The notes: generated from the sequence alone by a model not told the origin. A stretch of 64,000 nt of DNA from Calditrichia bacterium (GCA_050633245.1 JBOEGD010000007.1:123593-187592); one strand, 5' to 3'; positions 47,656-58,271 are shown, counted from the first letter of the stretch. A program made the numbers and translations.

Positions 47656-48777
47656 CTAGAGCTTTTCGGGTGAATTCGCCGACTGCTTGTCCGCATCCGC
47701 TGCGGAGTCATCTTTATTTTCTTCGTCTGCGGTCTTTTTCTCTTCCTTAGACGATTCGATATCTGGTTCTTCTTGCTCTTCTTTGTCGGAAGGTTTTGGT
47801 TCATTCCCGACAGTTTCGGTTTTCTCTTCGGTCTTCTCAGTATTCTCTTCAGCGCTGTCTTCTGCAGAAATATCTTTCTTAAATGCCTCTTCGGAGTTCC
47901 GGGCGCTTTCCTTAGACTCTACCTCTTCGGTAGTCTCTTCAGCATTCTCCGTTGAATCTGTCTGCTGAACTTCTCCATCAGCTTCTTTAGCCTTTGCTTC
48001 CGCTGCTTCCGCTGATGCCTTCTGTGTAGAGGTGAAGTCATCTTTTAGCTGAGCGATATCAAACCCAAGAGTGGATGGAACAATTTCCTTAAGAATCTCT
48101 TCACCAACCTGCTCTTTCAGGTCAGGATCGGCCTCAATCACTTCATCAAGTTCTTTCAAACGCGGGAGCTCTTTTAAATTTTTAAGACCAAAGTATTCCA
48201 AAAATTGCTTTGTCGTTTTATACAAAAATGGATTACCGATAGACTCGGCAGTGCCGGAGATGGTAACCAGATTACGAAGCAACAGGGTTTTAACTACGCC
48301 ATCGACATTTACGCCGCGAATTTCTTCCATTTCATTTTTGGTGATCGGCTGCTTGTAGGCAATAATTGCCAAGGTCTCAAGAGCCTTTGCGCTGAGTCGG
48401 TTTGCTTGCCGACGTGCATACAATCGCTCGACATATTCTGCATATTCCGGGCGGGTATACATCAAATAGCCACCGGCAACATTGTCTATATGAAATGGCC
48501 GCGACGATTTTTCGTAAGTCTTGTTCAAAGAGCGTATAATTTTATTCATATTCGCATCGGAAAGCTCAGGAGCAACCTCACGAATTCGAGCCGAGTTCAG
48601 TGGTTCTTCGCTTGCAAAAAGAATCGCCTCAACAATGGCCTGCATTTCTTTATCGGTTAGCGTATTGACCTTTACTGTGGATTTAGCCTCCCCGTTTTTC
48701 GGAGACTTCGCTTCCACCTCAACAGCGTTTTCCTTTGTAGCAGGTTTTTCAGCTTTTTCGTTTTTATTGGACGACAT
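47656..48777 (-). CDS. scpB: SMC-Scp complex subunit ScpB with acidic tail
   Basis: EAILFASEEPL, LETLAIIAYKQPIT, IRGVN, TTKQFLEYFGL. Confidence 0.93.
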   Translation of the reverse strand: MSSNKNEKAEKPATKENAVEVEAKSPKNGEAKSTVKVNTLTDKEMQAIVEAILFASEEPLNSARIREVAPELSDANMNKIIRSLNKTYEKSSRPFHIDNVAGGYLMYTRPEYAEYVERLYARRQANRLSAKALETLAIIAYKQPITKNEMEEIRGVNVDGVVKTLLLRNLVTISGTAESIGNPFLYKTTKQFLEYFGLKNLKELPRLKELDEVIEADPDLKEQVGEEILKEIVPSTLGFDIAQLKDDFTSTQKASAEAAEAKAKEADGEVQQTDSTENAEETTEEVESKESARNSEEAFKKDISAEDSAEENTEKTEEKTETVGNEPKPSDKEEQEEPDIESSKEEKKTADEENKDDSAADADKQSANSPEKL

Positions 48778-49040
48778 AATAAGCCCGGTTTTCTACTGTC
48801 TCTACTTCAATGAACATGTCAAAGACATGCGATCGACTCTGTTTTAATTTCGATCCGCGCAATGTACAAAATAGTTATTGAAATTACTATTGGCGATGTA
48901 ATTTAGCAGCTTATAGAAGCACTGCCGTCGTGTAGGCAAACTTGCAGGCGTAAGGCCGTTGGGGGCGCCGCCTTCCAGAATATTATACGGCTAAATCCAT
49001 TAGCCATATTGACATATCCGACATCATAAGAATACGAGAA

Positions 49041-49937
49041 TTAAATGATTTCGTCTGTTTCGTCAGTTGGTAAATCGTTTTGTGAAGCGTTGTTCTCTGC
49101 ATCTTGAACCGTCATATCCAGAGCTAATTGCGCACTTGAGTTCGACTCTTCTGCCTCATCCGACTCATATTCAAAGCTCATTGCCGATGCTTCACGGGTC
49201 TGCTCGTAGCGAGACATCGAAACATCACCCAGCGGCACCAGTCGAATATCTTCAAATATTTCGCTTTGCTTACAGGTAATCATTCCTACCTTCATCAGAT
49301 CGAGAATGGCCATAAATGTTACGACGATGTAAATTTTCTCCGGCATCTTCTCAACCAGCTTCAAAAAGAACACCGGCTTGCCTTTTTCCAGGTCCGAGAC
49401 GATGACACGAACCTGATCTTCAATAGAAATTTTGATCTGCTTAACCTGATGCACGGTAATTTTCGGCATGTTGTCGAGGGCACGCTTAAACGCTGTCAAC
49501 AGATCAAAGAGCGTTGCCTCAATGGCAAATTCTTCTTCGACAATAACTGCTTTTTTAAGTCGTTTTGGTACTTTGCGGGAGAAATATTTGCGACGCTCGG
49601 TCTCAATATCGTAAAACTCGGAGGAAGCTTCCTTAAATCGCTTGTATTCCAGCAGCTGCATTGTCAGCTTATGGCGTGGATCTTCCGGATCCTCTACGTC
49701 GCTGGTTTCTTTTTCCGGAAGCAACATGCGGGTTTTAATCAGAATGAGTGTTGCAACCATTTCAATATACTCACCGGCAACTTCCAAATCCAGAATTTGC
49801 ATCAGCTTCATATACTGAAGGTATTCTTCAGTGATATTCGATATTGGAATATCATAGATATCAATCTCATTCTTCTTTATTAAATAGAGAAGAAGATCGA
49901 ATGGGCCTTCAAAAACCGGTAGTTTCACTTTATACAT
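49041..49937 (-). CDS. scpA: Segregation/condensation kleisin ScpA
   Basis: FEGPFDLLLYLIKKNEIDIYDIPI; VTFMAILDL. Confidence 0.93.
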   Translation of the reverse strand: MYKVKLPVFEGPFDLLLYLIKKNEIDIYDIPISNITEEYLQYMKLMQILDLEVAGEYIEMVATLILIKTRMLLPEKETSDVEDPEDPRHKLTMQLLEYKRFKEASSEFYDIETERRKYFSRKVPKRLKKAVIVEEEFAIEATLFDLLTAFKRALDNMPKITVHQVKQIKISIEDQVRVIVSDLEKGKPVFFLKLVEKMPEKIYIVVTFMAILDLMKVGMITCKQSEIFEDIRLVPLGDVSMSRYEQTREASAMSFEYESDEAEESNSSAQLALDMTVQDAENNASQNDLPTDETDEII

Positions 49938-49953
49938 TGCTTTTCCACAATCC

Positions 49954-50949
49954 TTACTTCAAATAGCGCAACAGGCCGGTGCGACTACGCACGCGTTCCA
50001 TTACTTCCTGTGCCGCTTCTCGGGCACGTTTTCCACCGGCTTGCAAGACATCTTCAACATAGCCCATATCGGCAACAAGCTTTTTGCGACGCTCACGTGC
50101 GTCTTCAAAATACTCGGTTATGGCCTGAAGAAGTTCTTTTTTCGCATGCCCATAACCATAGTTGCCGGCAAGGAAATTATTGCGCATCGCTTTCAATTCC
50201 TCTTCTGAGGCAAAGAATGTATACAAGTCTATAATGTGCGAATTGTCCGGATCTTTCGGTTCCTCAAGTGGAGTCGAATCGGTTACTATCGCCATCACCT
50301 GCTTCTTAAGTGGCTGGCCTTCTGCAAAAATATCTATGGTGTTGTTGTAGCTTTTGCTCATCTTTCTACCATCGATCCCGGGAATAACAGCAACATCCTT
50401 TTGAATCAACTCTTCCGGAATAGTCAGCGTACCTTCACCAAATGTAATGTTGATTTTTTCGGCAATATCCCGGGTAATTTCCAGATGCTGTTTTTGATCC
50501 TTACCGACAGGAACGTAGTTCGAGTCATAGATGAGAATATCTGCCGCCATTAGCACCGGATAGGCGAAAAGCCCGTGATTCGGTGAAATGCCATTAGCGA
50601 CTTTGTCTTTATAGGAATGAGCTCGTTCAAGCAGCCCCATTGGCGTAACGGTAGACAAAATCCAGGCAAGCTCGGTGACTTCCGGAATATCGGATTGCAA
50701 AAACAGCGTCGTTTTCTCGGGGTTCAGGCCAAGTGCCAGATAGTCGATTACGACATCCAGCGAGTTTTGTCGCAGAACATCGGGATCAGTAATGGTTGTA
50801 AGAGAGTGATAATTAGCGACGAAAATAAAGTTTTCGTTTTGCTCCTGAAGCTGTACAAATTGGCGAATTGCGCCAAAATAATTGCCTATATGCAGTATTC
50901 CTGAAGGTTGAATACCGCTGAGAATTCGTTTATTCTTTAGTTCCGTCAT
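49954..50949 (-). CDS. trpS: Tryptophan--tRNA ligase
   Basis: HIGN, YPVLMAADIL, GKDQKQH, KMSKS. Confidence 0.96.
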   Translation of the reverse strand: MTELKNKRILSGIQPSGILHIGNYFGAIRQFVQLQEQNENFIFVANYHSLTTITDPDVLRQNSLDVVIDYLALGLNPEKTTLFLQSDIPEVTELAWILSTVTPMGLLERAHSYKDKVANGISPNHGLFAYPVLMAADILIYDSNYVPVGKDQKQHLEITRDIAEKINITFGEGTLTIPEELIQKDVAVIPGIDGRKMSKSYNNTIDIFAEGQPLKKQVMAIVTDSTPLEEPKDPDNSHIIDLYTFFASEEELKAMRNNFLAGNYGYGHAKKELLQAITEYFEDARERRKKLVADMGYVEDVLQAGGKRAREAAQEVMERVRSRTGLLRYLK

Positions 50950-51147
50950 CGCAAAATATTCCGTCTCATTCGTTCCTGAAGGCAAGATTAAGTAATAGCC
51001 TTAAACTTGCGATATCAGAACCGATCAGGCAAGGGAATTTTTGGATAGTCTTCTTTAACCAAACTTATTTTTATCTGCAATTGCGAAGCCAGAAGTTAAA
51101 CGATAATTTGAAAGGAAAATTCGAGCGCCCTAAACAGAAAGTCGACT

Positions 51148-51492
51148 ATGAAGTTACTTCCACTCTTGCTTAAAAAATGTCCCCGCTGTGAAAAAGCCGG
51201 CATGTTCTCGGGATTTTTCAAAATGCACGAAACGTGCCCATCCTGTTCATTTCGCTTCGAACGCGAACAAGGCTACTTCACCGGAGCTGTAATGATGAGC
51301 TCGGTTCTCACAACGTTTCTAATCACACCAATTTGGTTTTGGGTATTGTCTCAGGGATACTCGTTCTGGCAGGTGTTTTTGGCAGCGCTGCTACCGTCCA
51401 TCATAATATCGCCGCTTGTTTTTCAGTATTCACGCGTGCTGTGGCTATATATGGATTTTAAGATCTTCCATCCGGAAGACGAAGCTCTATAA
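51148..51492 (+). CDS. DUF983-family zinc-ribbon membrane protein
   Basis: CPRC…CPSC…FEREQGYFTGA followed by 2 TM helices. Confidence 0.8.
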   Translation: MKLLPLLLKKCPRCEKAGMFSGFFKMHETCPSCSFRFEREQGYFTGAVMMSSVLTTFLITPIWFWVLSQGYSFWQVFLAALLPSIIISPLVFQYSRVLWLYMDFKIFHPEDEAL

Positions 51493-51493
51493 G

Positions 51494-51694
51494 CTATTCA
51501 TCCGGATAGATTGCCTTTACACGGCCGACGGCGCCACTTTCAAGGCGTACCTTAATGCCATGCGTGTGCTTTGGTGATTTTGTGAGGATTTTTTCAACAA
51601 TGCCTTCCGTAAGATCACCGCTTCGCTGATCTTTTTTCAACACGATTGCAACGCGTTGTCCAATTGCGATGTCGGCACGTAGCGTTCCGTTCAT
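51494..51694 (-). CDS. YwbE family protein (DUF2196)
   Basis: VLKKDQRSG…ILTKSPKHTHGIKVRLESGAVGRV. Confidence 0.88.
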   Translation of the reverse strand: MNGTLRADIAIGQRVAIVLKKDQRSGDLTEGIVEKILTKSPKHTHGIKVRLESGAVGRVKAIYPDE

Positions 51695-51703
51695 TGCACT
51701 CCC

Positions 51704-51916
51704 CTATCGTCTCAGCCATTTCAACTGATTACTCTTCAATCTTTTATTAATAAAACCGATCATGCCAAGAAGTAAGCCGACAAAGACTCCCCCTTTTACC
51801 ACCGGAGCGAGAGTCGTCGTTAACCCCAACATCGGAACTAGAAAGACGTTAAGCAGGATTGCCACAATTCCGGTGCAGACTAAAATAAAGATAAACAAAC
51901 CACGTTTAATCGGCAT
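51704..51916 (-). CDS. Small 2-TM hypothetical protein
   Basis: GGGAG RBS, MPIKRGLF…, two hydrophobic helices. Confidence 0.6.
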   Translation of the reverse strand: MPIKRGLFIFILVCTGIVAILLNVFLVPMLGLTTTLAPVVKGGVFVGLLLGMIGFINKRLKSNQLKWLRR

Positions 51917-52349
51917 CGCTTTCTCTCCCTGGTAGTAGCTTTTTGTCTTGCAGCAGCAAAAAGAAGAGCTCATGCCCAAGTCCGAAGGCACAATATATAA
52001 TCAACATATCAACAAAGAAATAGCCACTAATAGGTTCGTAAAAGACTATAGCTGCAAACACGTGCATCAGCCAGAAGAACTTAACTACATGCCAACCGTC
52101 CATAAAGGTAACAAAAACTGTTGATGCCCCGGGAAAAGCCGGCCCATTTGCCGGATCTCCATCTTTCCACTTGTTTCTCCAGGCAAGACGATTATCCCAA
52201 AATCGATTGCCCAACGCGGAACGCCCTTGAGCATCAAACCAGTTGGCGAGTTTTTTCCAAACGGAGGCCTCAAAGTTGTGAGGGGTGCCAATCAGATCCA
52301 TGCTCGCTTCCCAGAAGGTGCCGAAAAATATCAGTAAGAGTGTTGCCAT
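51906..52349 (-). CDS. Hypothetical membrane protein
   Basis: Trp-rich WRNKWKDGDP…FPGASTVFVTFMDGWH segment; overlaps the downstream gene. Confidence 0.7.
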   Translation of the reverse strand: MATLLLIFFGTFWEASMDLIGTPHNFEASVWKKLANWFDAQGRSALGNRFWDNRLAWRNKWKDGDPANGPAFPGASTVFVTFMDGWHVVKFFWLMHVFAAIVFYEPISGYFFVDMLIIYCAFGLGHELFFLLLQDKKLLPGRESDAD

Positions 52350-52390
52350 TTGCGCTAAAAGACCTATTCCTTCAAACTTGACAGCATTCT

Positions 52391-53179
52391 TTAATCAGAG
52401 AATGATGAGTTAAGCTTATTAAATGGGAGGGTAATGTTAAAGTAGATTTCGAATGTATCCTGTGTTTCTCTACTGGTAGACTCTAAAAGATCGAAGACAT
52501 AGTCATCCACTTTTAACAGCTGTTGGTTTCCGGATGAAAGTCCAAACCACCTGAGCATTGCATACTCTTCCTTGGTAGAAACTACGATATGTGCGTTTTT
52601 GGGATTCTGCCCATGTCCGGAAATATAAATAGATTCTAAAAGGCCTTCGTATATCATAAAGTGTTTTTTAGCCAAGACCGAGTCTCCCACCTCGCTACGC
52701 ATGTAGCTGATGTAATAGTGCGTCATCGGCTCTACGTAGTTGTCTGCTAATATTGAGTCGGAGATGGCAAAGGCCTGTACAGGCTCTCCAGCATCAAAAT
52801 GATTTACAAGAGCTCTATGTCTTTTAGGCAGTTGTGAGTCGTAGGGACTATACATAGGCGTCTTGGTGTATGCCATACGCATCGTGAAGAAGTTAACCGC
52901 CAGATCGTTTTTAAGACTATCAAGGCGGATATAATAATCATTCGGGGTTAACTTCTGTATGTAATCGAACAGATAGTAATTTGAACTCGTATCCGATACG
53001 ATTAAATCGGAGGCAGTCGAGTCAATAGACTCCTGCACTGATTTAGGAAGCGTATTTTCAACGACAACACTTCTGGTAGATGTTGTGCAAGAAAACAGAA
53101 CTCCTGCAAGAATCCCGATCGAATATAGTCGAAGCAAAGACAAATAATTCTCCTGTCGCGTTGAGATAGCTGCTACCAT
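52391..53179 (-). CDS. DUF4919-like lipoprotein
   Basis: LFSC lipobox; LLESIYISGHG…AHIVVSTKEEY…YFNIT. Confidence 0.65.
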   Translation of the reverse strand: MVAAISTRQENYLSLLRLYSIGILAGVLFSCTTSTRSVVVENTLPKSVQESIDSTASDLIVSDTSSNYYLFDYIQKLTPNDYYIRLDSLKNDLAVNFFTMRMAYTKTPMYSPYDSQLPKRHRALVNHFDAGEPVQAFAISDSILADNYVEPMTHYYISYMRSEVGDSVLAKKHFMIYEGLLESIYISGHGQNPKNAHIVVSTKEEYAMLRWFGLSSGNQQLLKVDDYVFDLLESTSRETQDTFEIYFNITLPFNKLNSSFSD

Positions 53180-54423
53180 CCCTCGTATCGCAATAAATAC
53201 ATAAAGTAGTCACTGTTAGGAAATCGCGCGCCAATAAAAAAGTCCGCCGGGGGCACTTCAAATCTTCCCGAGAAGACCTCCCCATCTTTTTGAAGGAATT
53301 GAAACGAATCCTCATGAATGAGTGCCAGTTCGCGGGCATCCTCTACGGTTAATTTGAAATCAACTGAATCTCCAGCGGTAAGGAAACGGCTCATCGGTTC
53401 GTAAATCCTGGCATTAAAGTCATCAAACGATCCAAGTTTTTCAGGAAACCCGGCGGCTTGACGAACCCCTTTACTCGCCTCAACCTCATAATCAAGAAGC
53501 CACTGATAGTTGCCGGTATCCGTCTTACGCTTTGCGAAAATGCGCAGAATATAATTTGAGGGCTGTGGAAAAATGGCGCGCACCTCAAACCCATCATCAC
53601 TGCGCTGTGCAAAGGAAAGCATGTCATCCAGTTCATTCTCTCCAACATAAAGCCGCGAAAGCAATACCACATCTTTTGATCCCGAGAGCTTTAAAGATAA
53701 TGAATCCGATGCTTGAATTTTGCGGTCTGTATGACTAATCATTCGCATATCGTAGCGAAAGAAAGCCGGCTTGGTCAACGGCATCGCCATAAAGTTTGTG
53801 CGATTACGATGTTCATCCAAAAGTTGCCAGCGCCTCTGCTCAGGATAATGTGTTTGAATTAATTCTTCTGGTGGGGTGAAAAAATAGTAATCATTAAACG
53901 ATCGCTTAAACTTGCCGTCGCTGATGTAGCCAGCTCCCCAGGTTGCATCGAGCAAACGCCACGTGCCATCCACTTTCACTGCGTTCCAGGCATGACGATT
54001 TCTGTCGGCAAATGGATTTGAAGTATCATATCCATAGCCTTTGGAAAATCCACCAACTAATTCTGCTTCGAATCCGGCCGTTCTCGCCATTTTCTTCAAC
54101 AGCCTTGCGTAGCCGCCACAGATCGCCTTACGGGTTTGCAGCACATCTTCTGCTGTGGCAAGTCGAACTTGCCCACGCAGCAGCGCCTGATAGTCATACG
54201 CGATGTTGTTCGTGATCCAGCTAAAGATCGCGCGTATTTGCTTCTCCGGCGACTGAAATGGCTTTACTAATTCTCTGGTTAGTTGCAAAACGTCCTGCTG
54301 ACCCTGCACAATTGATGCGACATGCGAATCGACATCACTATACTCCTGCCCCGACAACGTTAAGGGCATAAGGCTAATAACAAAAGCAATTGCAACTAAC
54401 GTCTTTTTGATTAAGGAATCCAT
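53173..54423 (-). CDS. Transglutaminase-like (Cyk3/kyphoscoliosis peptidase-type) exported protein
   Basis: AICGGYA, HAWNAV, LLDATWGAG triad; THYP. Confidence 0.85.
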   Translation of the reverse strand: MDSLIKKTLVAIAFVISLMPLTLSGQEYSDVDSHVASIVQGQQDVLQLTRELVKPFQSPEKQIRAIFSWITNNIAYDYQALLRGQVRLATAEDVLQTRKAICGGYARLLKKMARTAGFEAELVGGFSKGYGYDTSNPFADRNRHAWNAVKVDGTWRLLDATWGAGYISDGKFKRSFNDYYFFTPPEELIQTHYPEQRRWQLLDEHRNRTNFMAMPLTKPAFFRYDMRMISHTDRKIQASDSLSLKLSGSKDVVLLSRLYVGENELDDMLSFAQRSDDGFEVRAIFPQPSNYILRIFAKRKTDTGNYQWLLDYEVEASKGVRQAAGFPEKLGSFDDFNARIYEPMSRFLTAGDSVDFKLTVEDARELALIHEDSFQFLQKDGEVFSGRFEVPPADFFIGARFPNSDYFMYLLRYEGW

Positions 54424-55253
54424 TTGATGTCTTTAAAGTTTGGTTTACGTTTTTCCAAAAAGGCATTTCGGCCTTCTTTTGCTTCATCTGTCATATAAGC
54501 CAGGCGCGTTGCCTCACCGGCAAAAACCTGCTGACCGACCATACCGTCATCAGTGAGGTTAAACGCGAACTTAAGCATCTTTATTGAAGTTGGTGACTTT
54601 GCCAAAATTTCCTGTGCCCAATCATATGCGGTATCTTCCAGCTGGTCATGGGGAATAACAGCATTGACCATACCCATATCATAGGCTTCCTGAGCAGAGT
54701 AGTTACGTCCAAGAAAAAATATTTCCCGCGCTCGCTTTTGGCCAACCATCTTAGCCAAATAAGCCGAACCATACCCGCCATCAAAACTGGTAACATCGGC
54801 ATCGGTTTGCTTGAAGATCGCATGTTCTTTGCTTGCCAGAGTTAGATCTGAAACGACATGCAAACTGTGTCCACCACCAACTGCCCAGCCGGGCACAACA
54901 GCTATTACGACCTTGGGCATGAACCGCATAAGTCGTTGCACTTCAAGAATGTTCAATCTTGGCATCCCCTCATCATCTACATAGCCCTGATGCCCGCGAG
55001 CATTTTGATCACCACCACTACAAAACGAATAGACACCATCTTTGGTTGAAGGTCCTTCAGCTGAGAACAAAATAACGCCTATTGAGGTGTCTTCTCTTGC
55101 ATCAAGAAAAGCATCGAACAGCTCTCCTACTGTTTTGGGACGAAAAGCATTTCTTACATTGGGGCGATTAAAGGCAATTCGTGCCACACCACCAGATTTG
55201 CGATACGTTATATCCTGATATTCTTTTACAGTTTTCCAATCTGCTTTGCTCAT
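54411..55253 (-). CDS. menB: 1,4-dihydroxy-2-naphthoyl-CoA synthase
   Basis: RNAFRPKT, FCSGGDQ, SFDGGYGS, EGRNAFLEKRKP. Confidence 0.95.
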   Translation of the reverse strand: MSKADWKTVKEYQDITYRKSGGVARIAFNRPNVRNAFRPKTVGELFDAFLDAREDTSIGVILFSAEGPSTKDGVYSFCSGGDQNARGHQGYVDDEGMPRLNILEVQRLMRFMPKVVIAVVPGWAVGGGHSLHVVSDLTLASKEHAIFKQTDADVTSFDGGYGSAYLAKMVGQKRAREIFFLGRNYSAQEAYDMGMVNAVIPHDQLEDTAYDWAQEILAKSPTSIKMLKFAFNLTDDGMVGQQVFAGEATRLAYMTDEAKEGRNAFLEKRKPNFKDIKWIP

Positions 55254-55461
55254 TCTGGTAACCTTTGTGTTTTAGCAGCAGGAATGCGTTCAGTAGCGCC
55301 TTCCCGGCAGGTGAATAGAGGCTAGAAAGTAAACTCATTTCTGGTCGGAATGTCAATATAATTGCGCGGGCATTGAAATGTTAGAAGAAATTATGGCTTG
55401 AAATAATTAACCGGACCTGCTCAAACTTTCGTCAGTAAGGCGACAATCGAGTGCTTCAGGA

Positions 55462-55977
55462 TTAATCCTGAAGCACATCCAGAAAAAGGTAGGGACGCCA
55501 GCTTTTATGGCGAGCACCGATAAAGTGCTGAAAGTAGAAAAAATGATTCGGCTTTTTCGGCGTATTGAGCAGCTTCATGTCTGCCTGCTCGGGAGTTCTG
55601 TTTGCCTTTTTGTTATTGCATGCCAGACAGGCAATTGCGAGGTTCTCCCAGGTATCCTTGCCGCCAAACTGTTTTGGAATAATATGATCAACCGTAAGCG
55701 GTGGGTTTTTACGCCCACAATATTGACACAAGTTTTTGTCTCGAATCAATAGGTTCTTACGATTCAACAAAATGCGTCTTTTAGGCGTACGAGCATAGCG
55801 AACAAGACGGACAACCAGCGGCAGAGGCATTTTAAAATGAAGCGAGCGAACCCATGAGGCGTCATTTTCAATGGCCTCTGCTTTGCCCAGATAGATAAGG
55901 ATGATCGCCTTTTTCACATCGCAAATCTTCAATGGTTCAAAGTTTTGGTTAAGCAGTAGTACGCTCTGGCTAAGCAT
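55462..55977 (-). CDS. HNH endonuclease (McrA-like, common housekeeping type)
   Basis: VLLLNQNFEPL, RDKNLCQYCG, TVDHIIP…CLACNNKK. Confidence 0.9.
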   Translation of the reverse strand: MLSQSVLLLNQNFEPLKICDVKKAIILIYLGKAEAIENDASWVRSLHFKMPLPLVVRLVRYARTPKRRILLNRKNLLIRDKNLCQYCGRKNPPLTVDHIIPKQFGGKDTWENLAIACLACNNKKANRTPEQADMKLLNTPKKPNHFFYFQHFIGARHKSWRPYLFLDVLQD

Positions 55978-56132
55978 TGCTGGTTGCCTCTGGTTCGTTT
56001 ATTAAATGATAACAAGACAAAGTACTTTTTGTCAAGACCAGTTCAATACGTCTCGTCTACAAAGAGGTTACAATCCACTCATTTTCCCATCCACTAAGAT
56101 ATCTTTAACACCAAGCAATTATTTCAGGTTCC

Positions 56133-57374
56133 TTAGTCTTCAAGACAGAGGTGCGCAAAGACTTTAGTATCGTTTACCATATGGTCTATCACACAATACT
56201 CATTCGGTTGATGACACATATCATCCAACGTACTCCACACAGCAGCATGCAGACCAGCAGCACGAAAGACAGCCGCAACCGTCCCGCCACCAATTCCCTG
56301 AGCCGTTGCATCAACACCATATACCTGCTTTATCCCGCGCTTCAAGAGCTCAACAACTGTTGCGTTTGCCGGGGTTGCCGGTGCAGCATCAGCACGCTGT
56401 TCGATATCGATAGAGACCTTCACACCATGCTGCTCTGATATCGCATCGGCATATTTACGGCATTGTTCAAGCACCTTATCAGGCGCAATGGTAGGTAAGA
56501 TCCGACAGTCCAGGTAAAAGACATCCTGACCCGGGATTGTATTTACGTTGCCCACGTTCGCCTCTTTCTTAGTAGGCTGAAAGGTGCTGATCGGTGGATT
56601 AAAGACCTCATCCCGTACTGCGAAATCGCTATGTAGAGCATCAAGGTTTACAACGAGTTCCGAGGCTGCACGAAACGCATTAATACCGGCATCTGGTGTG
56701 CTCGCATGGCATTGCTTTCCCTCGGTGGTAAACTTTAGCCATAAAATGGACTTCTCGGCCACTTCAATCATCGTTGAATCCGGCTCGCCAGCATCCGGCA
56801 CAACAATAATATCATCATCAGAGAACATTTCGCGATGGTGCTCAAGAAGATACTCCAGACCCAGGGCAGAACCTGTTTCTTCATCAGCAGCCAGAATAAC
56901 GGCAACATCATAGCGAGGCTTAATCTTGGCATCGATGAATGCCCGTAACACAAACACGCTGCTGGTAACACCCTGCTGGTTATCTTCTGTTCCCCGTCCA
57001 TAGATCTTGCCATCCTTTACAATGGCCTGCCAGGGATCTGAGTCCCACAGCCCAACATCCCCTTCCGGGACAACATCTGTGTGTGCCATTAGCCAAATTG
57101 TCTTCGCGTTCGACTCACCGGGAATGCGGGCAATCAGGTTTGGTCTTACGCCATTTTTTGCCGCGGGGTCAGGGGCATCAATTTGCTGAATATTCGCAAC
57201 GCCATGTTTAGTAAGATATTCACGAATAAACATTGCCTTATCCCATTCACCTTCTCCGCCGCTTGTTGGGCACAATGCAGGAATTGCCGTAATTGCCTTT
57301 TGAAACGCGATCATTTCTTCTTCAAGCGAGGATATAGTTTCTGTAATAGTATTAAATTGTCGATCCAGCGTCAT
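56133..57374 (-). CDS. M20 metallopeptidase/deacylase (DapE/ArgE-like)
   Basis: AHTDVVP, GRGTEDN, DEETG, CHQPNE. Confidence 0.9.
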   Translation of the reverse strand: MTLDRQFNTITETISSLEEEMIAFQKAITAIPALCPTSGGEGEWDKAMFIREYLTKHGVANIQQIDAPDPAAKNGVRPNLIARIPGESNAKTIWLMAHTDVVPEGDVGLWDSDPWQAIVKDGKIYGRGTEDNQQGVTSSVFVLRAFIDAKIKPRYDVAVILAADEETGSALGLEYLLEHHREMFSDDDIIVVPDAGEPDSTMIEVAEKSILWLKFTTEGKQCHASTPDAGINAFRAASELVVNLDALHSDFAVRDEVFNPPISTFQPTKKEANVGNVNTIPGQDVFYLDCRILPTIAPDKVLEQCRKYADAISEQHGVKVSIDIEQRADAAPATPANATVVELLKRGIKQVYGVDATAQGIGGGTVAAVFRAAGLHAAVWSTLDDMCHQPNEYCVIDHMVNDTKVFAHLCLED

Positions 57375-57755
57375 ACCAACACCTCTTGTTGTATAAAATA
57401 TTTACACATATAGTATTTTTTAAGAAATAAAACTCTTTTGGTTATACAGCTTTTCCGATAATAGCTACTCGAAGTTACTGAAGCAAGCATCGATAAGTTA
57501 TTTCTTAATATAGCGCTTACTGGAAATATTGAGGAAGCATAAACAACGGAATGAATATTTTGGCACTGTTCTTGTTTTTTATTCAGTCTTCGGTCACCTC
57601 TTGGGGATTCCAAAAAGAATTCTAAATGTCTCGCTATAATGCACTAAAGAAAAGGGCATTATTTCGGATAATTTTGTTGTGTAAGTCAGGATTTCCAGAG
57701 TGTGACACATATCATCTTCTGAAACCGGGAACATGTTTACAATATAGGGCCTTCA

Positions 57756-58271
57756 ATGTATACACTCAATCAATCGGAAGTAATGATCATGGATGTCAAA
57801 GACCTTATCATGTCCATCGAGGGAAGCGTAAAAGAGTATCACAACCTTCTTGATCAAGTGGAAAAGCCGGACTATGGAACGAAATCCGCGGCGGAACCTT
57901 TTCAGCTTAGAGAGCTCGTGGCGACGATTGCCGATATTCAGGATGAAGTTGTCAGCTATCGTCTGTTAAAGATTCTTCGTGAGGAACATCCCTACATTCC
58001 ACAAATCAAGCCAGATCAAATTCGTCTTAACGTAAAACGAACCTCGTCTTCGCTAAAAAACATTGCCAGCAACTTTCTGAATCAGCGTAAAGAACTGTTA
58101 CGCATTCTCTATACCCTCCCGTCGGAAAATTGGAATCGCACCGGCGTGCATGAAGTTGAGGGTCACGTTTCCTTTAAGGAACTGATACGAAGAATGATCG
58201 ACAAAGATCAGGAAGTCATGGTTAAACTGACGCAATTAAGTGGGGAATACTCAAACGGCCAGTCTCATTAG
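57756..58271 (+). CDS. DinB/YfiT-like protein lacking the metal-binding histidines
   Basis: ELVATIAD…YRLLKILREEHPYIP…WNRTGVH.E.G pattern; start may be 57783 or 57789. Confidence 0.6.
   Translation: MYTLNQSEVMIMDVKDLIMSIEGSVKEYHNLLDQVEKPDYGTKSAAEPFQLRELVATIADIQDEVVSYRLLKILREEHPYIPQIKPDQIRLNVKRTSSSLKNIASNFLNQRKELLRILYTLPSENWNRTGVHEVEGHVSFKELIRRMIDKDQEVMVKLTQLSGEYSNGQSH

Noticed and set aside
55462-55977. HNH nuclease as a defence or homing element
   Set aside because: Widespread housekeeping-type HNH with host-like composition and no mobile context.
57375-57755. Riboswitch or ncRNA in long intergenic regions (also 26410-26884, 48778-49040)
   Set aside because: No recognisable conserved RNA motif; an Infernal/Rfam scan would be needed.
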